Origin: an uncultured Actinomycetes bacterium
GTDB taxonomy: Bacteria > Actinomycetota > Thermoleophilia > UBA2241
Direction: 5' to 3'
DNA length: 64,000 nucleotides
Assembly (NCBI GenBank): GCA_963767005.1
Contig: CAVYCN010000003.1
Span: 128,001 to 192,000, forward strand
Shown here: piece by piece, positions 53,403 through 63,254 of the stretch
How the letters are laid out: each line of letters begins with the position of its first letter
How positions within the stretch are numbered: the first letter of the stretch is position 1
Notes under the pieces: generated by a model
Told to the model about the DNA's origin: nothing
The model's input: only the letters and a program-made list of their open reading frames with translations
Databases searched by the model: none
Made by a program: the position numbers and the translations under genes

Positions 53403-55464
53403 CTACGAGGGCGAGTCGGCCGGTAGCGGCGGACCGAGCGGCGGGCCCAGCTTGCCCGGCCGCTGGGCCGGGTGCGAGTGGCGGCCCTCCTCGGCCGCGC
53501 TGCGCTGGCGGGCCTTCTGGTCTTTGGCGGCAAAGACCTCCTCGGCCGGGGTGCCGCCAAGCAGCGCCTCGAACTCCTCGCGTTCGATCGTCTCGCGCTC
53601 GATCAGGATGGCGGCCACGCTGTCGAGCTGGCTGCGATGCTCGCCCAGCACGCCGCGGGCACGCTCGTGGGCATCGGCGATGATGCGCCTGATCTCCTCG
53701 TCGATCGCGCGGGCGATCTCCTCGGAGTAGTCGGGCTCCTGGTTGAAGTCTCTACCTAGGAAGGGCATCGCCTGGTTGTGGCCCAAGGTGCGCGGCCCGA
53801 GCAGCTCGCTCATGCCGTAGCGCATGATCATCTGCTTGGCGGTGTCGGTGGCCTTCTCCAAGTCGTTGGCGGCCCCGGTCGTGATCTCGGCAAAGACGAT
53901 CTCCTCGGCGGCCCGGCCGCCCAGGGTCATCGCCAGGGTGTCGTTTAACTCGCCCATCGTGGTCAGGAACTTATCCTCGGAGGGCAGCGAGATGGTAAAG
54001 CCCAAGGCGGCGCCGCGGGAGACGATCGAGATCTTGTGGACCGGGTCGGTGTGTTCCAGGTAGTGGGCCACCAGGGCGTGGCCCATCTCGTGGTAGGCGG
54101 TGATGCGGCGCTCGCGCTCGGAGAGCAGGCGGCTCTTCTTCTCGGGGCCGGCCAGCACGCGCATGATGCCCTCTTCGCACTCGGCCTGATCGATCGTCTT
54201 GCGGCCGTGCCGTGCGGCCAGCAGGGCGGCCTCGTTGACCAAGTTGGCCAGATCGGCGCCGGTGAAGCCCGGGGTCTGGGCGGCCAGGGTGTCTGAGATC
54301 CACGCCCTTGGCCAGCGGCTTACCGCGGGTGTGGACGGCAAGGATCGCCTGCCTTCCGATGCGGTCGGGGCGATCGACCACGATCTGGCGGTCGAAGCGG
54401 CCCGGGCGCAGCAGGGCGGGGTCCAAGATGTCGGGGCGGTTGGTGGCGGCGATCAGGATGATGTTGTCCTTCATCTCAAAGCCGTCCATCTCGACCAGGA
54501 GCTGGTTCAGGGTCTGCTCGCGCTCGTCGTTACCGCCGCCAAAGCCGGCGCCTCTGTGGCGCCCGACGGCGTCGATCTCGTCCATGAAGACGATGCAGGG
54601 GCTCTGCGCCTTGGCCTGGGCAAAGAGGTCCCTGACCCGCGAGGCGCCGACCCCGACGAACATCTCGACGAAGTCGGAGCCGGAGATGGAAAAGAAGGGC
54701 ACCCCGGCCTCACCGGCCACGGCGCGGGCCAGCAGCGTCTTGCCGGTGCCGGGCGGGCCGTAGAGCAGCACGCCCTTGGGGATGCGGGCGCCGAGCTGCT
54801 GGAACTTGCGCGGGTTCTCTAAGAACTCCTTGATCTCCTGGAGCTCCTCGACGGTCTCGTCGATGCCGGCCACATCGGCGAAGGTCACCTTGGGGGCATC
54901 GGGGGAGACCTGCTTGGCGCGGCTTTTGGCAAAGCCCATGACGCGGCTGCCGCCGCTGCCCATGCGGCGCATCATGAAGGCAAAGAAGACGACGATCAGC
55001 AGCAGCGGCAAGAGCAGGGTGAGCAGGCTGCCCCACGAGGTGCCGCCGCTCTTGGCGGTGACGGCCACGCCGGGGTGGGCGGCGAGCAGCTGGGCGAGCA
55101 GGGTCGAGTCGGGGTAGGAGATCGTGTAGGGGGTGCCGCCGGCCGGGATCACGGCGATCGTCTGGGCGCTGGTGTCGACGGTGACGGAGCGCACCTGGCC
55201 GGCCTGGAGCTGGGCGACGAAGCTGCTCGGCCCGCCCGCGTAGGTGTGTGTGTTCGGCACGACGTCGGCGGTCGTCGTGGTCCTCAGCAGCTCGACCGAG
55301 TGACGCGCGTAGTAGGCGTGCGGCTGCGCCGCGGAGCCTCGCTCGGCGACGACCGCGAGAGGAAAAGCGACCGCCAGCGCGGCGACGGCAATGAGCGTCA
55401 CGACGAAGCCGCGCCGCTGGCGGCCGCCGCGTCCTTCAGGCAACGGTCCGTGTATCGAGCCCAC
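53403..55464 (-). pseudogene. ftsH: FtsH ATP-dependent zinc metalloprotease split by a +1 frameshift at ~54294 (or an assembly error)
   Basis: [24 protein letters not shown] in one frame; GFTGADL, HEMGH, GAANDL in another; junction GAT CTC A GAC ACC. Confidence 0.8.
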
Positions 55465-55683
55465 GATACCTCGTCTCGTTCGATCACCGGTGGAGGTGGC
55501 GACGCAGCCAGCGGCCGCAGCGCACCCGCACTTCACTTCTACCCGCGCGCCCGCGGCACAAGCCGCTCGAAACGGCGAGGGGCCGGCAGGTGCCGGCCCC
55601 TCGCCACGTTCGTTCGACCGCGCCGTCGTCGCTTGCAAGGACGGCGCGACCTCGTCGTGCCCTGTGCGGCTCTCGCGCCGCCT

Positions 55684-57183
55684 CTAGCGTCCGCTCACGG
55701 CCGGCCCGGTGCTCGGGTCGCGAGCCCCTGCGGCGCTCATCGAGAGCCCCTCCTCGGCGGCGAGCAGCTCGCCCGCCCGCCTGGCGACGCCGGGGCGCAG
55801 CAGGATGTAGACGACGCCGATCGCGATCCACACGATGAAGAAGATCGGCAGCTTCCAGTTCGCCCCCGTCGGATACGGATAGACGTTGCGGTAGATCGTG
55901 TAGATCAGCACCGCGAGCGCCAGGATCGGGATGACGATCTCCCAGGTGCGCACGACCTTGCGACCCGAGAAGAACAGGATGCGGATGGCGCCGATCGTGG
56001 CGAGCACGTAGACCACGAGCAGGATGAGCGTGCCGATCACGCCCGACCAGACGAACTCGTCGAACGGCTTGGCCTTCCAAATGGTCGCGAAGAGCACGAC
56101 CATGATGAACGCGCCGACCGTGACGGCGATCGTGGCCGGCACCGGGGTGCCGCGCTTGGCCGACACGCCGGCGAGCGACTTGGGGCCGACCCCGTCGCGG
56201 CTCAGCGCGTAGAGGATGCGCGAGGCGCCGACCGTGCAGGCGAGCACGCAGCCGAAGGCGCTGATCGAGGTGCCGAGGGTGATGATGTCGCCGACCCAGC
56301 CGGCGATGAACTTGCTGCCGAGGTCGCCGAGCAGCGTGCCCGAGCTGATGAAGGCCTGCACGCCCTTGGCGCTCGTACCGAAGCCCATCATCTCGACGGC
56401 GGTCACGAACACGAAGTAGACGCCGCCGAAGATCGCCACGCCGAGGATGGCGCGCGGGATGTCCTTGTGGGGCTGCTTGCTCTCCTCACCGAGGGTCGAG
56501 GCCGCCTCGAAGCCGGCGAACGACAGAAAGCCGAACACGGCGCCGAGGGCGATGACCGAGCCCGACGTGCCGTGCGGCACGCTGAAGACGCTCCAGGTGA
56601 AGCTCGTATGGGTGGGAGCCGTGTGGTTGAGCAGCTTCACGAGGATGGTGACGCTCACGATCAGGATGAGGGCCACGGTGCTGCCCTCGACCGCCAGCAG
56701 CACGGCGGTGGCCCGCTTGGCCGGCGAGATCGCGAGGTACCAGGCGCCCACGATGGCGATGGCGCCGAACAGAAAGCCGCTCCACGTCGGCGGGCTGTGC
56801 CAGATGCCGACCTCACCGAGGAACGACGCGAAGAAGATGCCGGCCGCCATGCCGGTGACGATCACGTAGAAACCGTAGGTGCCGATCAGCGACCAGCCCG
56901 ACACGACACCGGCGCGCGGGCCCAGAATGGCGCCGACGAAGCCGTACACCGAGCCGGCGTGGTGGAACTGCTGGCACAGCCGCACGAAGGTGTAGGCCAC
57001 GAGCAGCACGCCGATCGTCGCCAGGACGAAGGCGAGCGGCACGGCCCGCCCCACGGTCGTGGCGGCGCCCTGCGGGTTGATGTTGGCCGCCATCGACGGC
57101 GCCATCAGCGCCAGGGAGATACCGATCGCGGCCCAGATGGAGAGCTCCCTGCGAAGCCGAGGCCCTTGTGTCAAGTCCGTCAT
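55684..57183 (-). CDS. APC family amino acid/polyamine permease
   Basis: AGSVYGF, FLSFAGFE....GEE.K.P...PRA, SRILYALSRDG; 12 TM. Confidence 0.9.
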   Translation of the reverse strand: MTDLTQGPRLRRELSIWAAIGISLALMAPSMAANINPQGAATTVGRAVPLAFVLATIGVLLVAYTFVRLCQQFHHAGSVYGFVGAILGPRAGVVSGWSLIGTYGFYVIVTGMAAGIFFASFLGEVGIWHSPPTWSGFLFGAIAIVGAWYLAISPAKRATAVLLAVEGSTVALILIVSVTILVKLLNHTAPTHTSFTWSVFSVPHGTSGSVIALGAVFGFLSFAGFEAASTLGEESKQPHKDIPRAILGVAIFGGVYFVFVTAVEMMGFGTSAKGVQAFISSGTLLGDLGSKFIAGWVGDIITLGTSISAFGCVLACTVGASRILYALSRDGVGPKSLAGVSAKRGTPVPATIAVTVGAFIMVVLFATIWKAKPFDEFVWSGVIGTLILLVVYVLATIGAIRILFFSGRKVVRTWEIVIPILALAVLIYTIYRNVYPYPTGANWKLPIFFIVWIAIGVVYILLRPGVARRAGELLAAEEGLSMSAAGARDPSTGPAVSGR

Positions 57184-57258
57184 CTCTGCCCCCTTTCTCT
57201 TCTGCACGTCACGGACATCCAGCGGATGGGGCGCGCTCGGGCGCCGCCCCGCGCCCCA

Positions 57259-58509
57259 TCAGACGCTCCCCTTCGGCCCACCCCCTTCCGCGAGCCGACC
57301 GTCGAGCAGACCGCGGCCGACGGCGTCGCACAGCCCTGCGGCAAGTCCGCAGCGCGCCGCCACCGAGTCGAGGAGGATGTATTCGTCGGCGGAGTGGTCG
57401 AGGCCGCCCACCGGCCCGAGGCCGTCGAGGGTGGGCACGCCGTCGGCCGACGTCCAGCAGCCGTCCGAGACGCCGCCGCTCGTCTGGCCGCCAACGGCGA
57501 AGCCCAGGCGCGCCGCCAGCCGGTCGGCGGCGGCGAACAGCGCGGCGGTGCCGGGGTTGGGCTCGATGCCGGGCCAGGGTCCCTCGACCATGACGTCGAC
57601 CGCGACCCCGTCGTCGTGCGCCGTGTCGGCGATCCGCTCGAGCGCCCAGCCCAGGTCGCCGCTCGAGGGCGCGCGCACGTCGAGCACCGCCTCGGCGTGC
57701 TCGGGCACCACGTTGGCGATGGTGCCGCCGGCGAAGGTGCCGGCGATCACCGTCAGGCCCGGCCGGCCGCCGTTCAGGCCGTCGCTGCGCAGCACACAGC
57801 GACACAGCGCGAGCACGGCGTTGCGGCCGAGCTCGGGCTCGGTGCCGGCGTGCGCCGGCCGGCCGGTGGCCGACAGGTGCACCCAGGCGCCGGCCTTGCG
57901 GCCCACGACCACGTCGCCGTTCTCCCTGCCGCACTCGAACACGAGCGTGGCGGCCGCCCCGTGCACGTGGGGCAGCGCCGGCAGCATGCCGGTGCGTATC
58001 TCTTCGTCGGGGGCGCTGTGCAGCTCGAGCGTCGCGAAGGGCCGTTCGCCCGCCGCGAGCGCCTCGAGCGCCAGCAGCGCGAGCAGGAGGCCGCCCTTCA
58101 TGTCGGCGACGCCGGGGCCGAAGGCGCGCCCGCCGGCGTGCGCGAACGGGCGCGCCGCCGCCGTGCCGCGGGCGAACACGGTGTCGTGGTGGCCGAGCAG
58201 CACGATGCGCCGGGCGCCGGCCCCGGGCAGGCGCGCCACCAGATGGCCGCCGCCCGGCGTGGGCACGACCTCGCAGGAGCAGCCGGCCGCGGCCGCCCAC
58301 TCGGCGAGCAGCTCGGCCACGCGCTCGCGGCCCGCGGGGCAGTCGTCGCCCGAGTCGATGTCGACGAGCGTCGCCAGCCGCTCGAGGTAGACCGGCCGGC
58401 GGCGCGCCGCGAGCTCACGCGCGGCCACCGCCGCCGCGACGCTCGCCGAGAGGTCGGGCGGGCCGAGCACCGCCGCTCGCAGCTGCGCGCTGTTCTCAGG
58501 TGATGCCAT
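57259..58509 (-). CDS. M20 metallopeptidase (glutamate carboxypeptidase-like)
   Basis: GHHDTVF, GPGVADMKGG, DEE, AHAG..PE.GRNA, GG.SDG, H...E. Confidence 0.9.
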   Translation of the reverse strand: MASPENSAQLRAAVLGPPDLSASVAAAVAARELAARRRPVYLERLATLVDIDSGDDCPAGRERVAELLAEWAAAAGCSCEVVPTPGGGHLVARLPGAGARRIVLLGHHDTVFARGTAAARPFAHAGGRAFGPGVADMKGGLLLALLALEALAAGERPFATLELHSAPDEEIRTGMLPALPHVHGAAATLVFECGRENGDVVVGRKAGAWVHLSATGRPAHAGTEPELGRNAVLALCRCVLRSDGLNGGRPGLTVIAGTFAGGTIANVVPEHAEAVLDVRAPSSGDLGWALERIADTAHDDGVAVDVMVEGPWPGIEPNPGTAALFAAADRLAARLGFAVGGQTSGGVSDGCWTSADGVPTLDGLGPVGGLDHSADEYILLDSVAARCGLAAGLCDAVGRGLLDGRLAEGGGPKGSV

Positions 58510-59692
58510 GCAGCCGCCTGCAGTTGTCGGCGAGGATGCCGGCGCCGATGCGGCGCGCCTCGCCCGTGGTCAGGTGGTCGCGCGCGACGGCGCGCGAGAG
58601 CACCCGTTCGAGAGCCTCACGGGTGAGGCGCGCCGAGACCCAGAAGACCTCGGGCTCGGAGGCCTCGTCGGAGCCGTAGAGCAGCTTGCCGGTGGGCGCC
58701 ACACCGAGCATGATCTCGAGCTCGCGGTCGGCCGCGAGCGAGGCCCACGGCAGGAACTCGGACAGGTCGAGGTACACGAACGGCAGGATCGAGGCGATGT
58801 AGGCGGCCTCGGCCAGCCACGGCCAGCCGGAGTGGATCAGCACGATCGGCTGGTCCATGTGGTCGTGCAGGAGCGGGAAGATGTCCTGGGGCCGCACGTG
58901 GGCGAGCACGATGTCGGGGTCGCCGCCGCCGCAGTGGACGTGCATGACGCGGTCGTGGCGGCGCGCCGCGCGCAGCGCGGCGCGCAGCAGGTAGTCCCGC
59001 ACGGTCTTGCCGGGCCCGCGGTCCTTCGTCCAGCCGGCGGCTCGCCAGGCGTCGTAGGCGGCGGCGGCCTCGGCCGTCGTCGGGTCGCCGACGTCGAGCC
59101 CGGTACGGTAGGCGATCACCGACTTGTAGCCGACCGTGAGCGAGTCGGCGGCGGCCTCGTCGAGACGCGCGTCGAAGGCCGCCTCGAAATCGGCGAAGGC
59201 GAGCTCGCGACCCTGCAGGTCGACGATCCAGGGTTCGATGCGGGCCACGCGGTAGACCGGCACGCCCAGGCTATCCTGGAACTCGGCGCGCGTGACCGTG
59301 GGCTGCGGATAGCCGTCGTCGCCGATCACCGCCGTGATGCCGGCGTCGGTCATGAGGCCGTGAACATAGCCCGCCGGGTCGGCGGCGAGCGCCGTGCGAC
59401 GCGCCGCGGTCAGCGCGTCGTGCTCGGCCGCGACGCCGAGGTAGGCGGCCAGCCAGCGCCGCGCCGTGAGCGCGAACACCGTGCCGTCGCGCAGGGCGAC
59501 GACCTGGGCGGCGATGCGCGCGTCGCTCTGGCCCGACGAAGCGAAGCAGGTGCCCATGATGGTCAGGCGGTCCTCCCAGCCCGCGGCGTCGCGCGCGAGC
59601 AGATCGCTCGTGCGAAAACCGTGGCAGTGGTCGTCGACCACGGCGCAGCCGATCAGATCGATCATCCCGTCGCGCATGCGTGTGTCGGTCAC
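58496..59692 (-). CDS. Amidohydrolase (FluG N-domain / Rv1879-like)
   Basis: DDHCH, KSVIAYRTGL, HVHCGGGDPD, LIH.GWP, LYGSD. Confidence 0.85.
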   Translation of the reverse strand: MTDTRMRDGMIDLIGCAVVDDHCHGFRTSDLLARDAAGWEDRLTIMGTCFASSGQSDARIAAQVVALRDGTVFALTARRWLAAYLGVAAEHDALTAARRTALAADPAGYVHGLMTDAGITAVIGDDGYPQPTVTRAEFQDSLGVPVYRVARIEPWIVDLQGRELAFADFEAAFDARLDEAAADSLTVGYKSVIAYRTGLDVGDPTTAEAAAAYDAWRAAGWTKDRGPGKTVRDYLLRAALRAARRHDRVMHVHCGGGDPDIVLAHVRPQDIFPLLHDHMDQPIVLIHSGWPWLAEAAYIASILPFVYLDLSEFLPWASLAADRELEIMLGVAPTGKLLYGSDEASEPEVFWVSARLTREALERVLSRAVARDHLTTGEARRIGAGILADNCRRLHGIT

Positions 59693-59701
59693 GATCGCCT
59701 C

Positions 59702-61075
59702 CTAGAAGCGCCAGAGCTGTTCGGCGATGAGCTCTTCGAGCGGGCGTCCGGCGTCGGCTTCGGCCTCGGCGCGACGCACGGCGATCATGGCGTCGCAGAG
59801 CACGTCGCCCAGCGCGCTACGCAGCACGTCCGACGCGGCGAGCGCCGCCGCCGCCTCGTCGAGGCTCGACGGCAGTTGCCGCACGGCGGCGGCGGCGCGC
59901 TCTCGGGCGTTCATGTCGTGGGGGTCGAGGGACACCGCCGCGGGCAGCCGCAGGCCGCGGCTCACGCCGTCGAGACCGGCGGCGATCAGGCCGCCGACCA
60001 GCAGGTAGGGATGGCCGCTGCCGTCGACGGCCTTGAACTCCATGTTCGCCGCCCGGCCGCGCGCGGCGGCCGCCCCGGGGATGAAGCGCAGAGCGGCTTC
60101 GCGGTTCTGGGCGCCCCAGCAGGCGTAAGCGCCGGCCCAGTTCTGCGGCCGCAGACGCTCGTAGGAGGGCGTCGTCGCGCAGGCCAGGGCGGTGAGCGCC
60201 GGCAGCTCGGCGAGCACGCCGGCGAGGAACGACTCACCCTCGATGGTGAGGCCGGCCGGCCCGTCGCCGCCCGAGAAGAGGTTCTCGCCGGTCGCGTTCA
60301 AGAGACTGAAGTGCAGGTGGCAGCCGTTGCCGAGGCCGCTGGGCAGCACGACCGGCGAGAACGAGCAGCGGTAGCCGTGCCGGACGGCGACCGTGCGCAC
60401 GGTGTGGCGCAGCAGCACGTGCTGGTCGGCGGCGCGCACGGGGTCGACCGGCTCGGTCGAGACCTCCATCTGGCCGAACGAGTACTCGGGGTGGAAGCAC
60501 TCGACCTCGATGCCCTGCGCGGCGAGTGCGTCGAGCAGTTCGAGCGCGAAGGGGTGCAGCAGCGCCCAGGCGTTGGCGCTGTAGCCCGGGCCGTGGTGGC
60601 AGGGCACCGGCTCCTCGCTGGCGGCGTCGCCGGCGAACCACTCGAACTCGAACGTCATCCGGGGGCGCAGGCCGCGCGCCGCCGCCTGCGTCACCATGCG
60701 CTTGGCGAAGCTGCGCTCGCACCAGGGCGCCACGCTGCCGTCGTCGAGGCACTGGTCGAGAGCCACCCAGGCCCACTCCGGCGTGGCGGCAAGCCGCACG
60801 AGCGAGTCGAGGTCGGCCACCATGCGCATGTCGCCGCTCGGGCCGCCGAGGGCGTCGGTCGTCGCGAAGTGGTCGTTGGTGAGCGCCGTGGCCCAGCAGT
60901 ACGAGAAGCCGATCCCGCTCGTCGCGAGGCTCTGGAGCTTGCCGAGGGGCACCGACTTCAGCCGGTTGATCGAGCCCGTGTCGACGATCGACCCGTTCAC
61001 GTAGCGCACCCCGGCCCGGCGCAGCTCGTCGATCGTGGTGGACAGCTCGACCTCGGTGCTCAAGGCTCGGGCCAC
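59702..61075 (-). CDS. Glutamine synthetase-like gamma-glutamylamide synthetase (GlnA3/FluG-C type)
   Basis: FEFEW, HPEY..GQME, GNGCHLHFSL, SY.RL.P..WAG...WG..NREA.LR, EFK..D...PYL. Confidence 0.88.
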   Translation of the reverse strand: MARALSTEVELSTTIDELRRAGVRYVNGSIVDTGSINRLKSVPLGKLQSLATSGIGFSYCWATALTNDHFATTDALGGPSGDMRMVADLDSLVRLAATPEWAWVALDQCLDDGSVAPWCERSFAKRMVTQAAARGLRPRMTFEFEWFAGDAASEEPVPCHHGPGYSANAWALLHPFALELLDALAAQGIEVECFHPEYSFGQMEVSTEPVDPVRAADQHVLLRHTVRTVAVRHGYRCSFSPVVLPSGLGNGCHLHFSLLNATGENLFSGGDGPAGLTIEGESFLAGVLAELPALTALACATTPSYERLRPQNWAGAYACWGAQNREAALRFIPGAAAARGRAANMEFKAVDGSGHPYLLVGGLIAAGLDGVSRGLRLPAAVSLDPHDMNARERAAAAVRQLPSSLDEAAAALAASDVLRSALGDVLCDAMIAVRRAEAEADAGRPLEELIAEQLWRF

Positions 61076-62040
61076 GATGTCTCCCTTCGTGTCGTTACGG
61101 TCGTCCGGCGCCCGCTTTGGCGCTTCCCTGCGTGCGCGTCGCGGGGCCAAGCGCCGTCGAAACCCAGCTCGCGCTCGCCCCAGGTCGTGCCCTCACGCAG
61201 CCGCTCGAGCTCGCGCATGCGCGGCCGCGCGCGGTCGCCGATCTTCACGGCAAGACCGGCCACCACCGCCTCGACCAAGCCCATGGCCGGCACGAGCGAG
61301 TCGAACGGCGAGGGCGCGACGACGGTCGATGTGAGCACGTGACGGGCGACGTCGGCGATCGGCGAGAGCCAGGGGTCGGTGAACAGGATGACGGTGGCGC
61401 CACGTCGCGCCGCGCGGCGCGCGAACTCGATCGTCGAGTTCTGGTAGCGGCGGTAGTCGAAGGCGACCACCACCGTGCGTTTCGTCACGTCGATGAGCTC
61501 GTCGAAGCGCGGCGTGGGCGATGCGGCCACATAACGGCAGCCGCTGCGCATCATGGCGAGATGCGCAGTCAGGTAGAAGCTCAGGATCTGGCTGAAACGC
61601 CCGCCGGTGAGCAGGACCGGCCGGTGCTCGTCGGCGAGCACGTCGATCACGGCCTCGAACTCGGACGGCGGCACGCCGGCCATCGTCTTCTGGAGCTCGC
61701 CGACGAAGGTCGACAGGCTCGTCGACAGCACCTCTTCGTCGGGCTCGAGCGGCCGCCGTTCGAGCAGCTCGAGCGACGAGGTCAGCTTCTGCTGGATCTC
61801 CTCGCGCAGCGCCTCCTGGAAGGCCGGGTAGCCCTCGAAACCGAGACGGTTGACGAAGCGCATGACGGTCGGGCCGCTGACCTCGGCGCGGGCGGCGAGC
61901 TGGGCGAGCGTCTCGAGGCCGGCGATGGGATAGTGGGCGAGGAGCGCGCGCGCCACCCGGCGCTCGGCCACGGTCAGCTGTCCCATGCTGTCGTGGACCA
62001 GGCCCTGAAGGGTGTCGCGACCGTAGGTCACCTCGTCCAA
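61060..62040 (-). CDS. MurR/RpiR family transcriptional regulator
   Basis: LT.AER.VA, LA.RA.VS.PTV.RF..LGF.GY..FQ HTH + SIS domain (TD...SP). Confidence 0.9.
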   Translation of the reverse strand: MDEVTYGRDTLQGLVHDSMGQLTVAERRVARALLAHYPIAGLETLAQLAARAEVSGPTVMRFVNRLGFEGYPAFQEALREEIQQKLTSSLELLERRPLEPDEEVLSTSLSTFVGELQKTMAGVPPSEFEAVIDVLADEHRPVLLTGGRFSQILSFYLTAHLAMMRSGCRYVAASPTPRFDELIDVTKRTVVVAFDYRRYQNSTIEFARRAARRGATVILFTDPWLSPIADVARHVLTSTVVAPSPFDSLVPAMGLVEAVVAGLAVKIGDRARPRMRELERLREGTTWGERELGFDGAWPRDAHAGKRQSGRRTTVTTRRETSWPEP

Positions 62041-62156
62041 GTTAGAAACGGATGCTAGAAACTCACCGGACTCACGTCAATAGGTAACAAGGATTAGCGC
62101 ACTCATGGACGCAGGGTTCCCGGCGGGCCGGCGTATGTACCACAGCGGTCGCCGGC

Positions 62157-63140
62157 CTACGCCCCGGCGAACTCCGCGGTCAGGCCGCCCTTGCTGCCGT
62201 CGGCGGGGCACTGCGCCATGAACGAGCGGGCGATGTCGATGCGCTTCATGAAGACGACGTCGTCGAACTGCTGGGCCCACTCGATGAAACGCGCGAGACC
62301 GTCGGCGCGCGCCGGGTTGCCGCTGATACGCGGGTGGCAGCCGATCGACATCATGCGGCCGCAGTCGTCGCCGTCGGCGCGCAGCCGGTTCACCGTGGCC
62401 TTGGCGATCTCGATGAAGTGCTCCGGGCTGCCGAAGCCCTGAGCGAGCAGGTAGCGGCAGTCGTTCACGACCAGCGAGTACGGCACCACGAGGTGGTCCT
62501 TGCCGAGGATCCTGGACCAGTAGGGCAGGTCGTCGTTGTAGCAGTCCGAGTCGTAGACGAAGCCGCCCTCCTCGACCACGAGCTCGCGCGTGTTCACGCT
62601 CATCTCACGGCAGTACCAGCCGAGCGGCCGGCTGCCGGTGAGCTTCGTGATCGAAGCGACGGCCTGCCTGATGGCCTCGCGCTCTTCGTCGCGGGTCATC
62701 TCGAAGTGGTTGCTCCAGCGCAGGCCGTGACCGACCGCCTCGTCGCCGCGGGCGGCGAGGCGCGCCGCCACCGCCGGGTTGCGCTCGAGAGCCACGGCGG
62801 CGGCGAAGATTGTGGCCGGGATACCGGCCTCCCCGAACACGCGGAAGAGTCGCCAGATGCCGGCCCGCGAGCCGTACTCGTACATCGACTCGATGGCGAG
62901 GTCGCGGGTGCCCTCCTGCTTGAAGGGGAACTCGTAGAGGATGTCGTTGTCCTGGTCGCCCATGGCGAAGGTCTTCTCGGAGCCCTCCTCCTCGTTGACC
63001 ACGACGTTGATGGCGACCTTGGCTTCGTTGTCCCAGCGCACCACCGGCGGCTTCTCGCCGTAACCGACGAGCTCGCGGGCGGGGCCCTCTACCCCGGCGA
63101 TGTCGGTGCGCATGAAGAACTGCTGGTTGAGCTGATCCAC
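62157..63140 (-). CDS. PuuE/allantoinase-like polysaccharide deacetylase family protein
   Basis: VN.EEGSE, ESMYEYGSRAGIWRL, HGLRW, YDSD.YNDDLPYW, MMSIG.HPR.G.PAR. Confidence 0.88.
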   Translation of the reverse strand: MDQLNQQFFMRTDIAGVEGPARELVGYGEKPPVVRWDNEAKVAINVVVNEEEGSEKTFAMGDQDNDILYEFPFKQEGTRDLAIESMYEYGSRAGIWRLFRVFGEAGIPATIFAAAVALERNPAVAARLAARGDEAVGHGLRWSNHFEMTRDEEREAIRQAVASITKLTGSRPLGWYCREMSVNTRELVVEEGGFVYDSDCYNDDLPYWSRILGKDHLVVPYSLVVNDCRYLLAQGFGSPEHFIEIAKATVNRLRADGDDCGRMMSIGCHPRISGNPARADGLARFIEWAQQFDDVVFMKRIDIARSFMAQCPADGSKGGLTAEFAGA

Positions 63141-63254
63141 CCTGACCTCCTGATCACGTCGTGTCGGGGACGCGGCCGCCGGCGGCCTGACTTTCGAGGA
63201 AGAGCCGCGGCTTGTCGAGGCCCTCCTCGGTGCGGTCGACCGGCCGGCCGTCGG

